DNA of 64,000 nucleotides from Desulfosudaceae bacterium (GCA_963674745.2 CAXXDV010000003.1:192001-256000), one strand, 5' to 3'; positions 29,640 to 38,882 are shown, counted from the stretch's first letter. The notes: generated from the letters alone by a model not told the origin. Numbers and translations: made by a program.

Positions 29640-31024
29640 AAAATCCGGGCATACATGTCAGGGTTCTGCTGGCCACGATGGTAATGATCAGTGTGTCGGT
29701 TTTTACGCTGAGCTATATAGGGGTCAGCCTGACCCATCAGTTCGCCCAGAGACGATTTGTCGAGCATATATCGTTTCTGGCAAAGTATGTTGCGCTGAAT
29801 GCCGAACTGGGCATATTATTGGACGATAAAGGTATGCTTCAGCGGCTGGCCGTTAACCTTCTATCTGAAAGGGACGTGGTTGGCGTGGTGATATTGGACA
29901 GTTATAACCGGGAACTCATCCGTGCGCCGGAAGGTTTTCCCCATGACTACCCCCTGATGGAAACGCCGGTTTACCTGACGGAAACACGTGAAGAGAGCAA
30001 AGCCTTCGGTTATGATGGCAGCGCGGCGGATCGCCTGATCGGAAAGGTCCAGATACGATACAGCACCAAAGGAATAAACCAGCTCTGGGAAACGATGATG
30101 GTTTATTTTATCAGTATCGCGGTCGGGCTGACCCTGATTTCAGCCCTGGTTTTCTACTTTATTTCCCGTTCCCTGGTGGCGCCGGTTAAAGCCCTGGCGC
30201 GTGCGGCCGGCCGGGTGGCCAGCGGCAATTTCAATTCCCGGGCCGAGCCGGGAAACCTGCCGGAGACAAGGGAGCTGGCGGTGGCTTTTAATGTCATGCT
30301 GGATTCACTGGAAAGACACCGGCGGTCTCTTGAAAAAGCCAAAGAGCAGTCGCGACGGCATAAGACGCTGGCCGAGATGGGTGAATTTTCATTGATGATC
30401 GCCCACGAGTTTAAAAACCCGCTGGGCATTATCAAAAGCTCTGTTGACGTGTTGAAAAAGGATTTTGCCATTCCCTCGGGCAACACCCTGGTGTTCTATA
30501 TCGAGGATGAGGTGATGCGGTTAAACCGCCTGATCGGTGAGTTCCTGATGTTTGCCCGTCCGGTGGCGCCGTCTTTTCAACAAACGGATTTAAATGCCCT
30601 GTTAACCGAAATCGTGACCCGGTTTGATCTGCAGAAAACAGGCACACCGCCTCAAATCAAAGCGCGGATACCGTCTGATGCCTGTCCGGCGCAGGCGGAC
30701 CCCGACCTGTTGATCCGGGCCATCAGTAATATCATCAAGAACGCCTTTGATATCAACGGGGATGATTGTGTGGTGTGGGTTACGGCCAGTCGGCAGGCCG
30801 ATACCTGGGTGGCGGAAATCGCTGATAACGGGGAAGGCATTGCCATAGAACATATGGCCAAAGTGTTCAATCCTTTTTTTACCACCCGCAGCAAGGGGGC
30901 CGGCCTGGGGCTTGCATATACCTCCCGGGCGGTCGAGGCTCATGGCGGTGTGATCAAGGCCGGCAACCGGCCTGAAGGCGGCGCCCTGTTCCGGGTGAAG
31001 ATACCATTGTCGAAGCAACAGTGA
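29636..31024 (+). CDS. HAMP-domain sensor histidine kinase
   Basis: Two TM segments, HAMP (PVKALARAA.RVASG...ELA.AFN.M), H-box IAHEFKNPL, NII.NA, DNGEGI, FNPFFTT, G.GLGL. Confidence 0.93.
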   Translation: MKNPGIHVRVLLATMVMISVSVFTLSYIGVSLTHQFAQRRFVEHISFLAKYVALNAELGILLDDKGMLQRLAVNLLSERDVVGVVILDSYNRELIRAPEGFPHDYPLMETPVYLTETREESKAFGYDGSAADRLIGKVQIRYSTKGINQLWETMMVYFISIAVGLTLISALVFYFISRSLVAPVKALARAAGRVASGNFNSRAEPGNLPETRELAVAFNVMLDSLERHRRSLEKAKEQSRRHKTLAEMGEFSLMIAHEFKNPLGIIKSSVDVLKKDFAIPSGNTLVFYIEDEVMRLNRLIGEFLMFARPVAPSFQQTDLNALLTEIVTRFDLQKTGTPPQIKARIPSDACPAQADPDLLIRAISNIIKNAFDINGDDCVVWVTASRQADTWVAEIADNGEGIAIEHMAKVFNPFFTTRSKGAGLGLAYTSRAVEAHGGVIKAGNRPEGGALFRVKIPLSKQQ

Positions 31025-31035
31025 GGTAAATATAT

Positions 31036-32388
31036 ATGGCCCGTATACTGGTGGTAGATGATGAAGAAAAAATGCGCCACCTGCTGTCTATCATGCTTGG
31101 TCGGCAGGGGTATCATGTCGAGGAGGCGGGAGACGGCCAACAGGCGCTGGAGATGATCAAGGCCACGCCGTTTGATATGGTTATAACCGACATCAAGATG
31201 CCGCGCATGGACGGGGTAACGCTTTTGAAGAAGATTATGACGATGGATATTCCGCCGCCGGTGGTGTTTATAACGGCTTATGCCACGGTGGATTCGGCTG
31301 TCGACGCCATGCGCCAGGGCGCGGTTGACTATATCAACAAGCCCTTTGAAGAGGAACGGATACTGCTGACGGTGGAAAAAACCCTCGGCCTGTCCCGAAT
31401 TATGGCTGAAAACAGAAGCCTCAAAAAGGAAATCCTGCAGGCGGGCAGTGACGAAATCGTCTATGCTTCCAAGGAAATGGCCAGGGTTATGGATAATGCC
31501 ACCATGGTCGCCGAAGCAGATGCCGCCGTAATGATCGGCGGTGAATCCGGAACGGGAAAAGAGTTGCTGGCCCGTTATATCCATAATACCAGCCCGCGAT
31601 GCAAGGAACGGTTCGTACTGTTGAACTGCGCGGCCATTAACCCCAACCTGGTGGAGTCGGAACTGTTCGGTCATGAAAAAGGCTCATTTACCGGGGCGGT
31701 ACAGAAAAATCTGGGAAAATTTGAGTATGCCCATAAAGGGACCCTGTTTCTGGACGAGATCGGTGAACTGTCCCTTGAGGCCCAGGCCAGGCTTTTACGC
31801 GCCCTGCAGGAAAAAAAGATCCAGCGGGTGGGCGGCAACGAAGAGATCGCCGTTGATATCCGTTTTGTCTGCGCGACCAATCAAAGCCTGGAGGAAAAAG
31901 TGAAAAAGGGGACATTCCGCGAGGACCTGTTTTTCCGTATCAACGTTTTTCCCCTGGTGCTTCCCCCGCTTCGTGAGCGCAAGGACGACGCTATTCTTCT
32001 GGCCCGCCATTTTCTCCGCCGGCTGGAAGGCGATGTGCCCAAAACCGAGTTTTCCAGCGGCGCACTGCGGCTGCTCAAGGAATACACCTGGCCGGGGAAT
32101 GTCCGGGAGCTTTCCAACGCCATCGAGCGAGCCGTCATCCTGTCGCGGGGGACAAACAAGATTACGGCTGAAACGCTCTCGTTTCTGGACGCCAACCGCT
32201 CCCAGCCGGCCGCTAAAATCGGTTTTCGACTTCCGCCGGAAGGAATATCTCTGGAAGAACTGGAGATGGATATGGTAAAACAAGCCCTTGAAACATGTCA
32301 GAACAACCAGACCGCGGCAGCGAAATTCCTGGGGCTGACCAGGGCCAAGTTCAGGGTTTTGATGAATCAGATGAAAAAGGATGAATAA
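31036..32388 (+). CDS. Sigma54-dependent (NtrC-family) response regulator
   Basis: Receiver; GESGTGKE, ESELFGHEKGSFTGA, LFLDEIGE, FREDL.FR, WPGNVREL; Fis-type HTH. Confidence 0.95.
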   Translation: MARILVVDDEEKMRHLLSIMLGRQGYHVEEAGDGQQALEMIKATPFDMVITDIKMPRMDGVTLLKKIMTMDIPPPVVFITAYATVDSAVDAMRQGAVDYINKPFEEERILLTVEKTLGLSRIMAENRSLKKEILQAGSDEIVYASKEMARVMDNATMVAEADAAVMIGGESGTGKELLARYIHNTSPRCKERFVLLNCAAINPNLVESELFGHEKGSFTGAVQKNLGKFEYAHKGTLFLDEIGELSLEAQARLLRALQEKKIQRVGGNEEIAVDIRFVCATNQSLEEKVKKGTFREDLFFRINVFPLVLPPLRERKDDAILLARHFLRRLEGDVPKTEFSSGALRLLKEYTWPGNVRELSNAIERAVILSRGTNKITAETLSFLDANRSQPAAKIGFRLPPEGISLEELEMDMVKQALETCQNNQTAAAKFLGLTRAKFRVLMNQMKKDE

Positions 32389-32440
32389 TCCCGGGCTCAA
32401 ACCGGACAATATTTTTATAAAAGGTGCTTGTCATAAGGTA

Positions 32441-34498
32441 ATGAACGGTCGATTTCTCAACATATCCTTGATGGTTTTAGTTCTCCTGATGTTCCTGCTT
32501 ATGCCGGGGATATTGCCGGCTGAAGAAGCCGAGCCGTGTGACGGACAGAATGATACCCTGCTGATGTTTGTCGGAGAAGATCTGGAAGTCCTGTCCATTG
32601 CCTCCCGGCGCCGGCAGAGTGCCTGGCAGGCACCGGCCGTGGCCCATGTGATTACCCGGGAAGACATCCAGGAGCAGGGGATCCAGACCCTGAGCCATGC
32701 TTTGGAAATGGCGCCTGGTTTTTATATGGCCCAGAAAGAGTGGGGCAAACAGCCTTATTTGAGAGGTATCCCCGATTCGGTCCTGTTTCTTTATGACACG
32801 GTGCCCATTGGCTCGGATATCAGCAAATCCATCCATCCACTTGACAATGAACTGTCCATTGCCCCGGTCAAGCGCATTGAAATCCTGCGCGGTCCCGGGT
32901 CGGTGCTCTGGGGGGCGGACGCCTTTGCCGGTATCGTGAACCTGGTGCCCATGACCGGTAAGGATGTGGACGGGGCGCAGGCCGGGATCATCGGCGGCAG
33001 CCCCAATGGCCAGCGGGCCTTTTATGTCAATGCCGGCCATGACGCAGGTGCCTGGGACGCCTTTTTGTCGATCAGCGGCCGTGAAGGAGAAGAAGGCGAT
33101 GGCGATTACAATCTCGTCCGTTTCTGGAAAGATGATATCACCGCCTACCCCCCTGACGAACGGTATGGTGATCAGCGGCCGGGAGATTCGCACTACCTTG
33201 AACTGTCGGGGAATTTTTCTTATGACGACTGGTTCACGCTTTCAGGCCTGTTTCACGATTATACCCGGAAATTTACCCTGTCGCGGCCGGAAGCGGATAT
33301 CTCTTGGCGCGAGAGCCGGGGGGTACCCTTCGGTTTTATCAAAATGGAGGCGAAAAAGGACCTGGGGTGCGCTTCCGCCCTCCGTTTTACCGGTTCCTAC
33401 AGCCTGTTGAAGCCCGAATACGAGATCATTGACCGGGTCATGAAGCAGAAGGAAAAAACCGTTTACGGTGAAATTATTTATGACCGGTCTTTTATGGCCG
33501 GCCGGGGCCTTTTCACCGGCGGGTTTTCTTACCGGGACAAGCAGGTGGAGGATGCCCCCATCTGGGACGGTTATCTGCCGGATTACCTGGGCGGGGAAAA
33601 TGTCAACCTGGTACCGGGGCTGACGGTGAATGATTATAGTGACGGGTTGTGGTCGGTTTTCGGGCAATACAATCAGAAAGTCGGTAATTTCGATCTCTGG
33701 GCGGGCTTGCGGAACGATGCCCATGACGAATACGGTGATTATCTGAGTTACAATCTCGGTGCTGTCTGGTCTCCTGAATCTCAATGGATGGTTAAGCTGC
33801 TTTACGGGGTGGCCTATCGCACGCCCTTTGCCCGTCAGCTTCTGGAAGAACAACGTCCCGACACCGAGGAAATCAAGACCGTCAATTTTCAGGTGGCCTG
33901 GCGGCCGTCCCGGCAGGTGGGGCTGAGTGTGTGCGGTTTTGTCAGCCGTATCGAGAACCATATTATCGAAGATCCCTATGCCGGTCTTTCCATGCCCAAC
34001 GAACAGGATATCCAGGGGGTGGAAATCGAAGGTCATTTTTCACCGGTCAGCAGCCTTGATTTCGCGGCCAACCTGACCCTGCTGGACAATGACGGCCCGG
34101 ATGAGGTCTATAACTGGAACGACTATTCCTTTGTCCGACCCGATGGAACCGTGGAGAAGCATTACACCGAACTCAAATACCCTTATGACAGCGGGCCGGA
34201 AAGGCTTTTTAATCTCAGCGGGACATGGCGGCCGGTCGAACGGGTGTCCGCCTTTTTGCGTCTGGGTTATTTCGGTCCTCGAGACCTGATATTCCCCCGC
34301 AGCGCGGAAATATGTTCCGTTCCCGGCGTCTGGCTGCTGGATACCAGTGCCACGGTCCGGGATATCGGTTTTCCCGGCCTGGACCTGGAAATTACCGTTC
34401 GCAATCTCCTGGACGAGTCGTACCAGACCCCCGGGACTTACAGCCTCATACAGGGAGATCCCATCACGCTGTGGGTGGAGTTGAGAAAGGGGTTTTAG
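32441..34498 (+). CDS. TonB-dependent outer-membrane receptor
   Basis: Signal peptide from ATG 32441 (the track ATG 32381 is also possible); plug ASR..Q....APA...VIT.EDI, KRIEILRGPGSVLWGADAFAGIVN; C-terminal V.NLLD..Y...W.EL...F. Confidence 0.9.
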   Translation: MNGRFLNISLMVLVLLMFLLMPGILPAEEAEPCDGQNDTLLMFVGEDLEVLSIASRRRQSAWQAPAVAHVITREDIQEQGIQTLSHALEMAPGFYMAQKEWGKQPYLRGIPDSVLFLYDTVPIGSDISKSIHPLDNELSIAPVKRIEILRGPGSVLWGADAFAGIVNLVPMTGKDVDGAQAGIIGGSPNGQRAFYVNAGHDAGAWDAFLSISGREGEEGDGDYNLVRFWKDDITAYPPDERYGDQRPGDSHYLELSGNFSYDDWFTLSGLFHDYTRKFTLSRPEADISWRESRGVPFGFIKMEAKKDLGCASALRFTGSYSLLKPEYEIIDRVMKQKEKTVYGEIIYDRSFMAGRGLFTGGFSYRDKQVEDAPIWDGYLPDYLGGENVNLVPGLTVNDYSDGLWSVFGQYNQKVGNFDLWAGLRNDAHDEYGDYLSYNLGAVWSPESQWMVKLLYGVAYRTPFARQLLEEQRPDTEEIKTVNFQVAWRPSRQVGLSVCGFVSRIENHIIEDPYAGLSMPNEQDIQGVEIEGHFSPVSSLDFAANLTLLDNDGPDEVYNWNDYSFVRPDGTVEKHYTELKYPYDSGPERLFNLSGTWRPVERVSAFLRLGYFGPRDLIFPRSAEICSVPGVWLLDTSATVRDIGFPGLDLEITVRNLLDESYQTPGTYSLIQGDPITLWVELRKGF

Positions 34499-34555
34499 GT
34501 TCCAGGTTCAGGGTTCAAGGTTCAAGGTTCGGGGTTCGGGGTTCGGGGTTCGGGG
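34498..34555 (+). repeat. 7-nt tandem repeat (GGTTCRR)n
   Basis: GGTTCCA GGTTCAG GGTTCAA GGTTCAA GGTTCGG GGTTCGG GGTTCGG GGTTCGG. Confidence 0.85.
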
Positions 34556-34579
34556 TGTTGCGGGCCGTTCACCAGGGGT

Positions 34580-34886
34580 GTAGGGGCAGGCCCCCGTGCC
34601 TGCCCAAGGGCAACCACAGGGGGTTGCCCCTACGGGTCGTGGTGGCCGATTATGAACAATGTAGGGGCAGGCCCCCGTGCCTGCCCGGCAAAAGGGCACC
34701 CACAGGGGGGTGCCCCTACGGGTTGTGGTGGCCGATTATGAACAATGTAGGGGCAGGCCCCCGTGCCTGCCCAAGGGCAACCACAGGGGGTTGCCCCTAC
34801 GGGTCGTGGTGGCCGATTATGAACAATGTAGGGGCAGGCCCCCGTGCCTGCCCGGCAAAAGGGCACCCACAGGGGGGTGCCCCTAC
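34580..34886 (+). repeat. Array of four GTAG-type REP doublets (BIME/REPIN-like), ABAB
   Basis: Units 34580-34633, 34661-34719, 34747-34800 and 34828-34886, each GTAGGGGCAGGCCCCCGTGCCTGCCC, a short spacer, then GGGCA(A/C)CCACAGGGGG(T/G)TGCCCCTAC; near-identical 27-nt linkers. Confidence 0.9.
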
Positions 34887-34983
34887 AATAAAAGGGCATG
34901 GGTTCAAGGTGACATGCCCGAAGGTTGAAATGCTTAGGCCAGGTGTTAGGGTTTAAGGACTTATGTGGCTTCCAGGTGGGGGT

Positions 34984-35019
34984 TGGCTAAATATGACCAG
35001 TATTGGTTAAATTTAGCCA
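34984..35019. promoter_or_regulatory. Tandem dyad sites; candidate enhancer for a sigma54 activator
   Basis: TGGCTAAATATGACCA (34984-34999) and TGGTTAAATTTAGCCA (35004-35019), 20-bp period, about 280 bp upstream of a -24/-12-like site. Confidence 0.5.
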
Positions 35020-35295
35020 ATTTTTTTGTGCAAAAGCTGCCTTTTTGCTTCCGGAACCTTTACGTTCAAGGGCCGGCGTTATTTTTTTTGATAAGTAGAT
35101 CCGGTTTGGTCAAAAGAGCGCCTGCTGCCGGATTGAGGTCCTATCTGCCGGGCGGTAAACCGCACCTGTTGGTCGTCATCTCCACCAGATAAAACGGTAA
35201 TTGATATTAATACCGCTACATATTGTGGTTGTTGGAAAAGCCGTTTGTTTTTAAAGCGGGTTCACGGGGTTGTTTGAAGCCTGATGACAAAAACG

Positions 35296-35312
35296 CCGGC
35301 ACGGTCTTTGTA
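35296..35312 (+). promoter_or_regulatory. Candidate sigma54 promoter of the CAP-protein gene (variant -12)
   Basis: CCGGCACGGTCTTTGTA: good -24 GGCACG and correct spacing, but GT instead of GC at -12. Confidence 0.45.
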
Positions 35313-35394
35313 TAACCATAAAGAAATTTTTTGTTAAATAAAGATGCGCGTGAAAGGGACTTGCGCACGGATATTGCATCCAAACTGAGTCACT

Positions 35395-36645
35395 ATGGTC
35401 AGCATTAGAAAAACATACATTTTAATCGGGTTTGTCGTCATTTTGTTTGTCGGGGCAATCGGTGTTGCCTTTGCAGATGAAAATGACGTCCTGACGCCGG
35501 AGGAAGCCCTGCTGGCCCTGATTAATGAGGCGCGTGGCAATCCGCTGGAAACGGCTGCTGCCATGGGCATGGACCCGGAGCAGATTCTGGCCGACTTTCC
35601 CGAACTTGAAAATATCCTGACCGATGGGATGCAACCCCTGGCCTTTAACGAAAACCTCGATGAAGCCGCTTATGCCCATACCGGGGACATGTTTGCCAGG
35701 GGCTATTACTCAAGCCTTTCACCGGACGGGCAGGATTATGAGGAACGTATTAATGATGCCGGGTATCCGGCCGTATTGTCCGGAGAGTCCCTCGGCCTGA
35801 TCCTTTTTGCCAATTTTATCAACCCGGAAGAGGCCGCCCGTCTGATCTTTGAATACATGTTTGCCGATGAACTGGATGCTTCGCGAACGGAAAAAAGAAA
35901 TATCCTGGATCCCTGCTTAAGAGAAGTGGGCATCAGCATCCAGGCCGGTACATTATCCCTGGGAAACGGCCGCTGGAATGTTTACCTGGCCACCTGTGAT
36001 TTCGGCTCGCTGATGTCCTGTGCCGAAGGTGAACTTTTCAACCTGATCAATCAGGCCCGGGTGAATCCGCTGGAAATGCTGGCAGCCTATGAAATGGATG
36101 CCGAAGAACTGCTTGACGAATATCCGCACCTGGAGACCTTTTTTTCAGAAGGGGTTGCACCGCTTTGTTTTAATTTAAGCCTGGCGGAAGCGGCCCGGAT
36201 TCATGCGGCCGATATGCTGGAAAACGGTTTTTTTTCCAGTGAGTCTCTGGACGGTCGAACGGTTGAGGATCGTCTCCTCGAGGCTGAATACTCAGAAGAA
36301 GACTTTAGCGCAGATGAGTTGCTCTGGCGCTCCTGCCTTGGCAAGGACGACGATTTGTTAAACGAGCTGGCCGAAAGCAACTATGATCAGATCCGGGTAT
36401 TGATGGGCCGGGTTTTTGAGGGCATGCTGGATGCCGCTTTGAAAACGAACGTGGATGAGGCGAACAACAGCCTGCTGTTTGGCGAGACCTTTGAGGAAAT
36501 GGGTATCGGAATGGCGGCCGGTGTTTGTACGGAATTTGAAAGTATCTGCGGTGACCGCATATTGCTGCTGACCATGGATTTTGGGGCACGTCCGGAAATG
36601 GAAAGTGAACCGGACACGGCCCTGGATACCGAGGATTTGCCGTAA
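35395..36645 (+). CDS. Secreted acidic protein with two CAP (SCP) domains
   Basis: Signal peptide (AFA|D); two repeats of L..LIN.AR.NP...L.FN..L.EAA..H..DM...G..S..S.DG...E.R...A.Y, each ending E.GI. Confidence 0.8.
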   Translation: MVSIRKTYILIGFVVILFVGAIGVAFADENDVLTPEEALLALINEARGNPLETAAAMGMDPEQILADFPELENILTDGMQPLAFNENLDEAAYAHTGDMFARGYYSSLSPDGQDYEERINDAGYPAVLSGESLGLILFANFINPEEAARLIFEYMFADELDASRTEKRNILDPCLREVGISIQAGTLSLGNGRWNVYLATCDFGSLMSCAEGELFNLINQARVNPLEMLAAYEMDAEELLDEYPHLETFFSEGVAPLCFNLSLAEAARIHAADMLENGFFSSESLDGRTVEDRLLEAEYSEEDFSADELLWRSCLGKDDDLLNELAESNYDQIRVLMGRVFEGMLDAALKTNVDEANNSLLFGETFEEMGIGMAAGVCTEFESICGDRILLLTMDFGARPEMESEPDTALDTEDLP

Positions 36646-36716
36646 AGGCTTAATATTACTGAATACAAACGGGGTCTTGATCCGTTATGGGTAAAAAAAG
36701 CTGTTAAATTAAAAGC

Positions 36717-36745
36717 TTGACAACAGGCGGGTCTTTAGCTATAGA
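36717..36745 (+). promoter_or_regulatory. Strong sigma70-type promoter of the Cys-rich surface protein gene
   Basis: TTGACA-N17-TATAGA with AT-rich sequence upstream; implies a 5' UTR of about 150 nt. Confidence 0.7.
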
Positions 36746-36902
36746 CAGAAAAACAATATCAATCAAGACGATAGAAAGGAGGGGGATAAAAAAATAAAAT
36801 CAAGTTGTTGATGTTGTAAAGTGTATGTAAAGTATGAAGTTGTTGAAAAGTTGTGAAGTTGTAAAATTGATTGTTGTTAAACGAACTGCAAAGGAGAAAA
36901 CA

Positions 36903-38069
36903 ATGAAAAAGATTTTGGTTTTGATGACCGTCGTGGCGACCGCTCTGGTTCTTTCCACCGGCGCTTTTGCCGACCCGTGCTCAAACTGCAAGTGCCAGCT
37001 CAGAAACATTCCCTGTCCTTCAGACACCCAGTTGGGTCCGGCGTCCTGTAATTGGTTTGATTTTGACATCAATGCTACCCAGGCCAATCAGGCTCTCAAC
37101 GTGACTGACGGCTACTGCAACACGGTTGCCGGCGTTGCCAGCACCCTGAATTGCCGTGCCATCCTGCACGTCTGCGACTGTCTGCCGGATCCGACGGTTT
37201 TTATCGCCGGTCTGGATGTTGGTATTCGTATGACCATCCTGGTCGACGGCCAGGCCGGTGACAACGGTGCTTACTGGTCCGACACTGCCGTTGCTCCAGG
37301 AGGGAATGTGTTTGCCGGTATCGGTGCCGGCATCCTGTGGGATAGCGCGTTGACCCAGGCCAATGCCTGTGCCATCCCTTCCCATGGCGCCGGTGTTCCC
37401 GTAGCTCCCGCCGTTTCTTCCGACACATTCGGTCCGGAAACCTACTACCTGTCCGACGGTGTTACCGTAGCTGACCCGCTGGGCTCCACTGCCTGTTCCG
37501 TTCCGGCCGCCAACCGTGCCACCGTTCTGGAAGCCAGCAACATTGGTCCCGGTACGCTGGTCGGTGGTGAAGGCGAATGGTGGTGGATCGATATTCCGCC
37601 GATCCGCGCCGATCCGTCTTTGCTGGCTGCCGGCTCCACCATCCAGGTTCAGATTTGTCTGCTGGATGACGCCGGTACCTCCATCTGCGGCGGCTGCACC
37701 ATCTGCGAATGCGTCATCGACGTAGCCCAGATGTGCTGTGCTTCTGCTGCTCCGACCACAGGTTTGGTCTTCCCGTATTTCGCTTCCAACGCGTCTTACT
37801 GGAGAGGCGTGGCCATCATCAACCCCAGCACCTCTACCGGTACCATTACCATGACCCTGCATGACGTTGCCGGCAACACTGCCACCGCTTCCGGTACAGC
37901 TCCGGCCGGCGGCATGTTCGTCGACTCTCTGGATAACCTGACATGGACCGGCGCTGCCGACACCAACGGCCGCTGCTGGGTATCTGCTACCTGCAACTTC
38001 GGCGCTGCCGAAGGCGCTGCCATGATGGGTTCCGGATCTACAATCAACATGGGTTACATTGTTGACTAA
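36903..38069 (+). CDS. Cys-rich secreted protein, putative S-layer or major surface protein (388 aa)
   Basis: RBS AAGGAG and ATG 36903 (track start 36834 is probably too early); signal peptide AFA|D; 20 Cys, one Lys and Ala/Gly/Thr-rich mature chain; biased codons (GGT, GCT, TCC, TTC, AAC); own promoter and terminator. The CDS is solid; the S-layer role is inferred. Confidence 0.6.
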   Translation: MKKILVLMTVVATALVLSTGAFADPCSNCKCQLRNIPCPSDTQLGPASCNWFDFDINATQANQALNVTDGYCNTVAGVASTLNCRAILHVCDCLPDPTVFIAGLDVGIRMTILVDGQAGDNGAYWSDTAVAPGGNVFAGIGAGILWDSALTQANACAIPSHGAGVPVAPAVSSDTFGPETYYLSDGVTVADPLGSTACSVPAANRATVLEASNIGPGTLVGGEGEWWWIDIPPIRADPSLLAAGSTIQVQICLLDDAGTSICGGCTICECVIDVAQMCCASAAPTTGLVFPYFASNASYWRGVAIINPSTSTGTITMTLHDVAGNTATASGTAPAGGMFVDSLDNLTWTGAADTNGRCWVSATCNFGAAEGAAMMGSGSTINMGYIVD

Positions 38070-38126
38070 TTGTAGGTACGACCTGTTGTGTTCTGCTTGA
38101 CGGCAGATACGCAGATCTGAAAATCG

Positions 38127-38160
38127 GTGGGGGGTTTGTTTAACAGACCCCCCACTTTTT
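38127..38160 (+). terminator. Intrinsic terminator after the Cys-rich protein gene
   Basis: GTGGGGGGTTTGTT / AACAGACCCCCCAC followed by TTTTT. Confidence 0.88.
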
Positions 38161-38210
38161 CATTTTACCAGTAAAATCCCACCCACTGATACTTCCGACC
38201 AGGTGACACA

Positions 38211-38882
38211 ATGATAAACAAAAACAAGGTTTTTACATTTCTTTCAATCCTCATGGCCTTTATCGGATTGCTGGCAGGGGCGATTGAGTGTCCGGCCGCA
38301 TTTTACCGGCCGGACGGGACCATTCAGATTTTATCGGAATATTCCGGTATCGATGCCCCAAACCCTTCTGGCACCCGGCACTGGACAGTCATACCGGTTA
38401 CAACCACGGACGGAAAGGTAACTATGGGTTTTTATCTGAAGGACGCTTCCCCGCAGCAGGCGATATGTCAACTGACGTTTGCCGCAACCGGATCAGACCG
38501 CATTCAATGGCAGGGGATTGAAAATATCAGCCCCAAAATATCTGATGACGGCTTCTTACTCGTCCCGGGTTTCCCTGCGCCCTGCGATGTGTTGCCGGTG
38601 GGTGATATCTCCGAACAAGGCCTTTACCAGGATAGAAATGAAGCAGGCGGCAGCGTGTTTGTTAAATCTTACCAGGTAACCACCAGACCCGTTACGCCGG
38701 CTGAAGCGGTGGACAGCGGCTGGATTAATGACACCATGCCGGATGTGGGTGCTCTGGTGATGGTCACGGCCACGGACAAAAGAGGCGAAACGGTTGTCCG
38801 GCAGTTATGGCCGGTCAATGGTGCCTGGTGGATTTATGAAGAGACGCCCATCAGGCGTTCCTGGCGGATAGAAAATAAATGA
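38211..38882 (+). CDS. Hypothetical exported protein
   Basis: Hydrophobic N-terminus; Trp-rich C-terminus RQLWP..GAWWIYEETP.RRSW; stop overlaps the next start. Confidence 0.7.
   Translation: MINKNKVFTFLSILMAFIGLLAGAIECPAAFYRPDGTIQILSEYSGIDAPNPSGTRHWTVIPVTTTDGKVTMGFYLKDASPQQAICQLTFAATGSDRIQWQGIENISPKISDDGFLLVPGFPAPCDVLPVGDISEQGLYQDRNEAGGSVFVKSYQVTTRPVTPAEAVDSGWINDTMPDVGALVMVTATDKRGETVVRQLWPVNGAWWIYEETPIRRSWRIENK

Noticed and set aside
29636..32388. PEP-CTERM system regulators PrsK/PrsR
   Set aside because: The kinase lacks the multi-TM and GAF architecture of PrsK, and no exosortase or PEP-CTERM tail is present in the window.
28698..34498. Iron or cobalamin uptake ABC system
   Set aside because: No permease, ATPase, tonB/exbBD, Fur box or cobalamin riboswitch seen; the genes are coupled to a two-component pair instead.
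34580..34886. Possible CRISPR array
   Set aside because: The linkers are essentially identical rather than unique, the repeats are GTAG-ended REP doublets, and there are no cas genes.
34225..34956. Track ORFs with repeated GGCPY or RGRPPCLP peptides
   Set aside because: They are translations of the REP array and heptamer repeat in several frames, not credible proteins.
35213..35228. NrdR-box-like palindrome CCGCTACATATTGTGG
   Set aside because: Single copy with no ribonucleotide reductase gene nearby; NrdR normally uses tandem boxes.
36903..38069. Multiheme cytochrome or ferredoxin call for the Cys-rich protein
   Set aside because: No CxxCH motifs and no CxxCxxCxxxCP motif; the signal peptide is Sec-type, not Tat.
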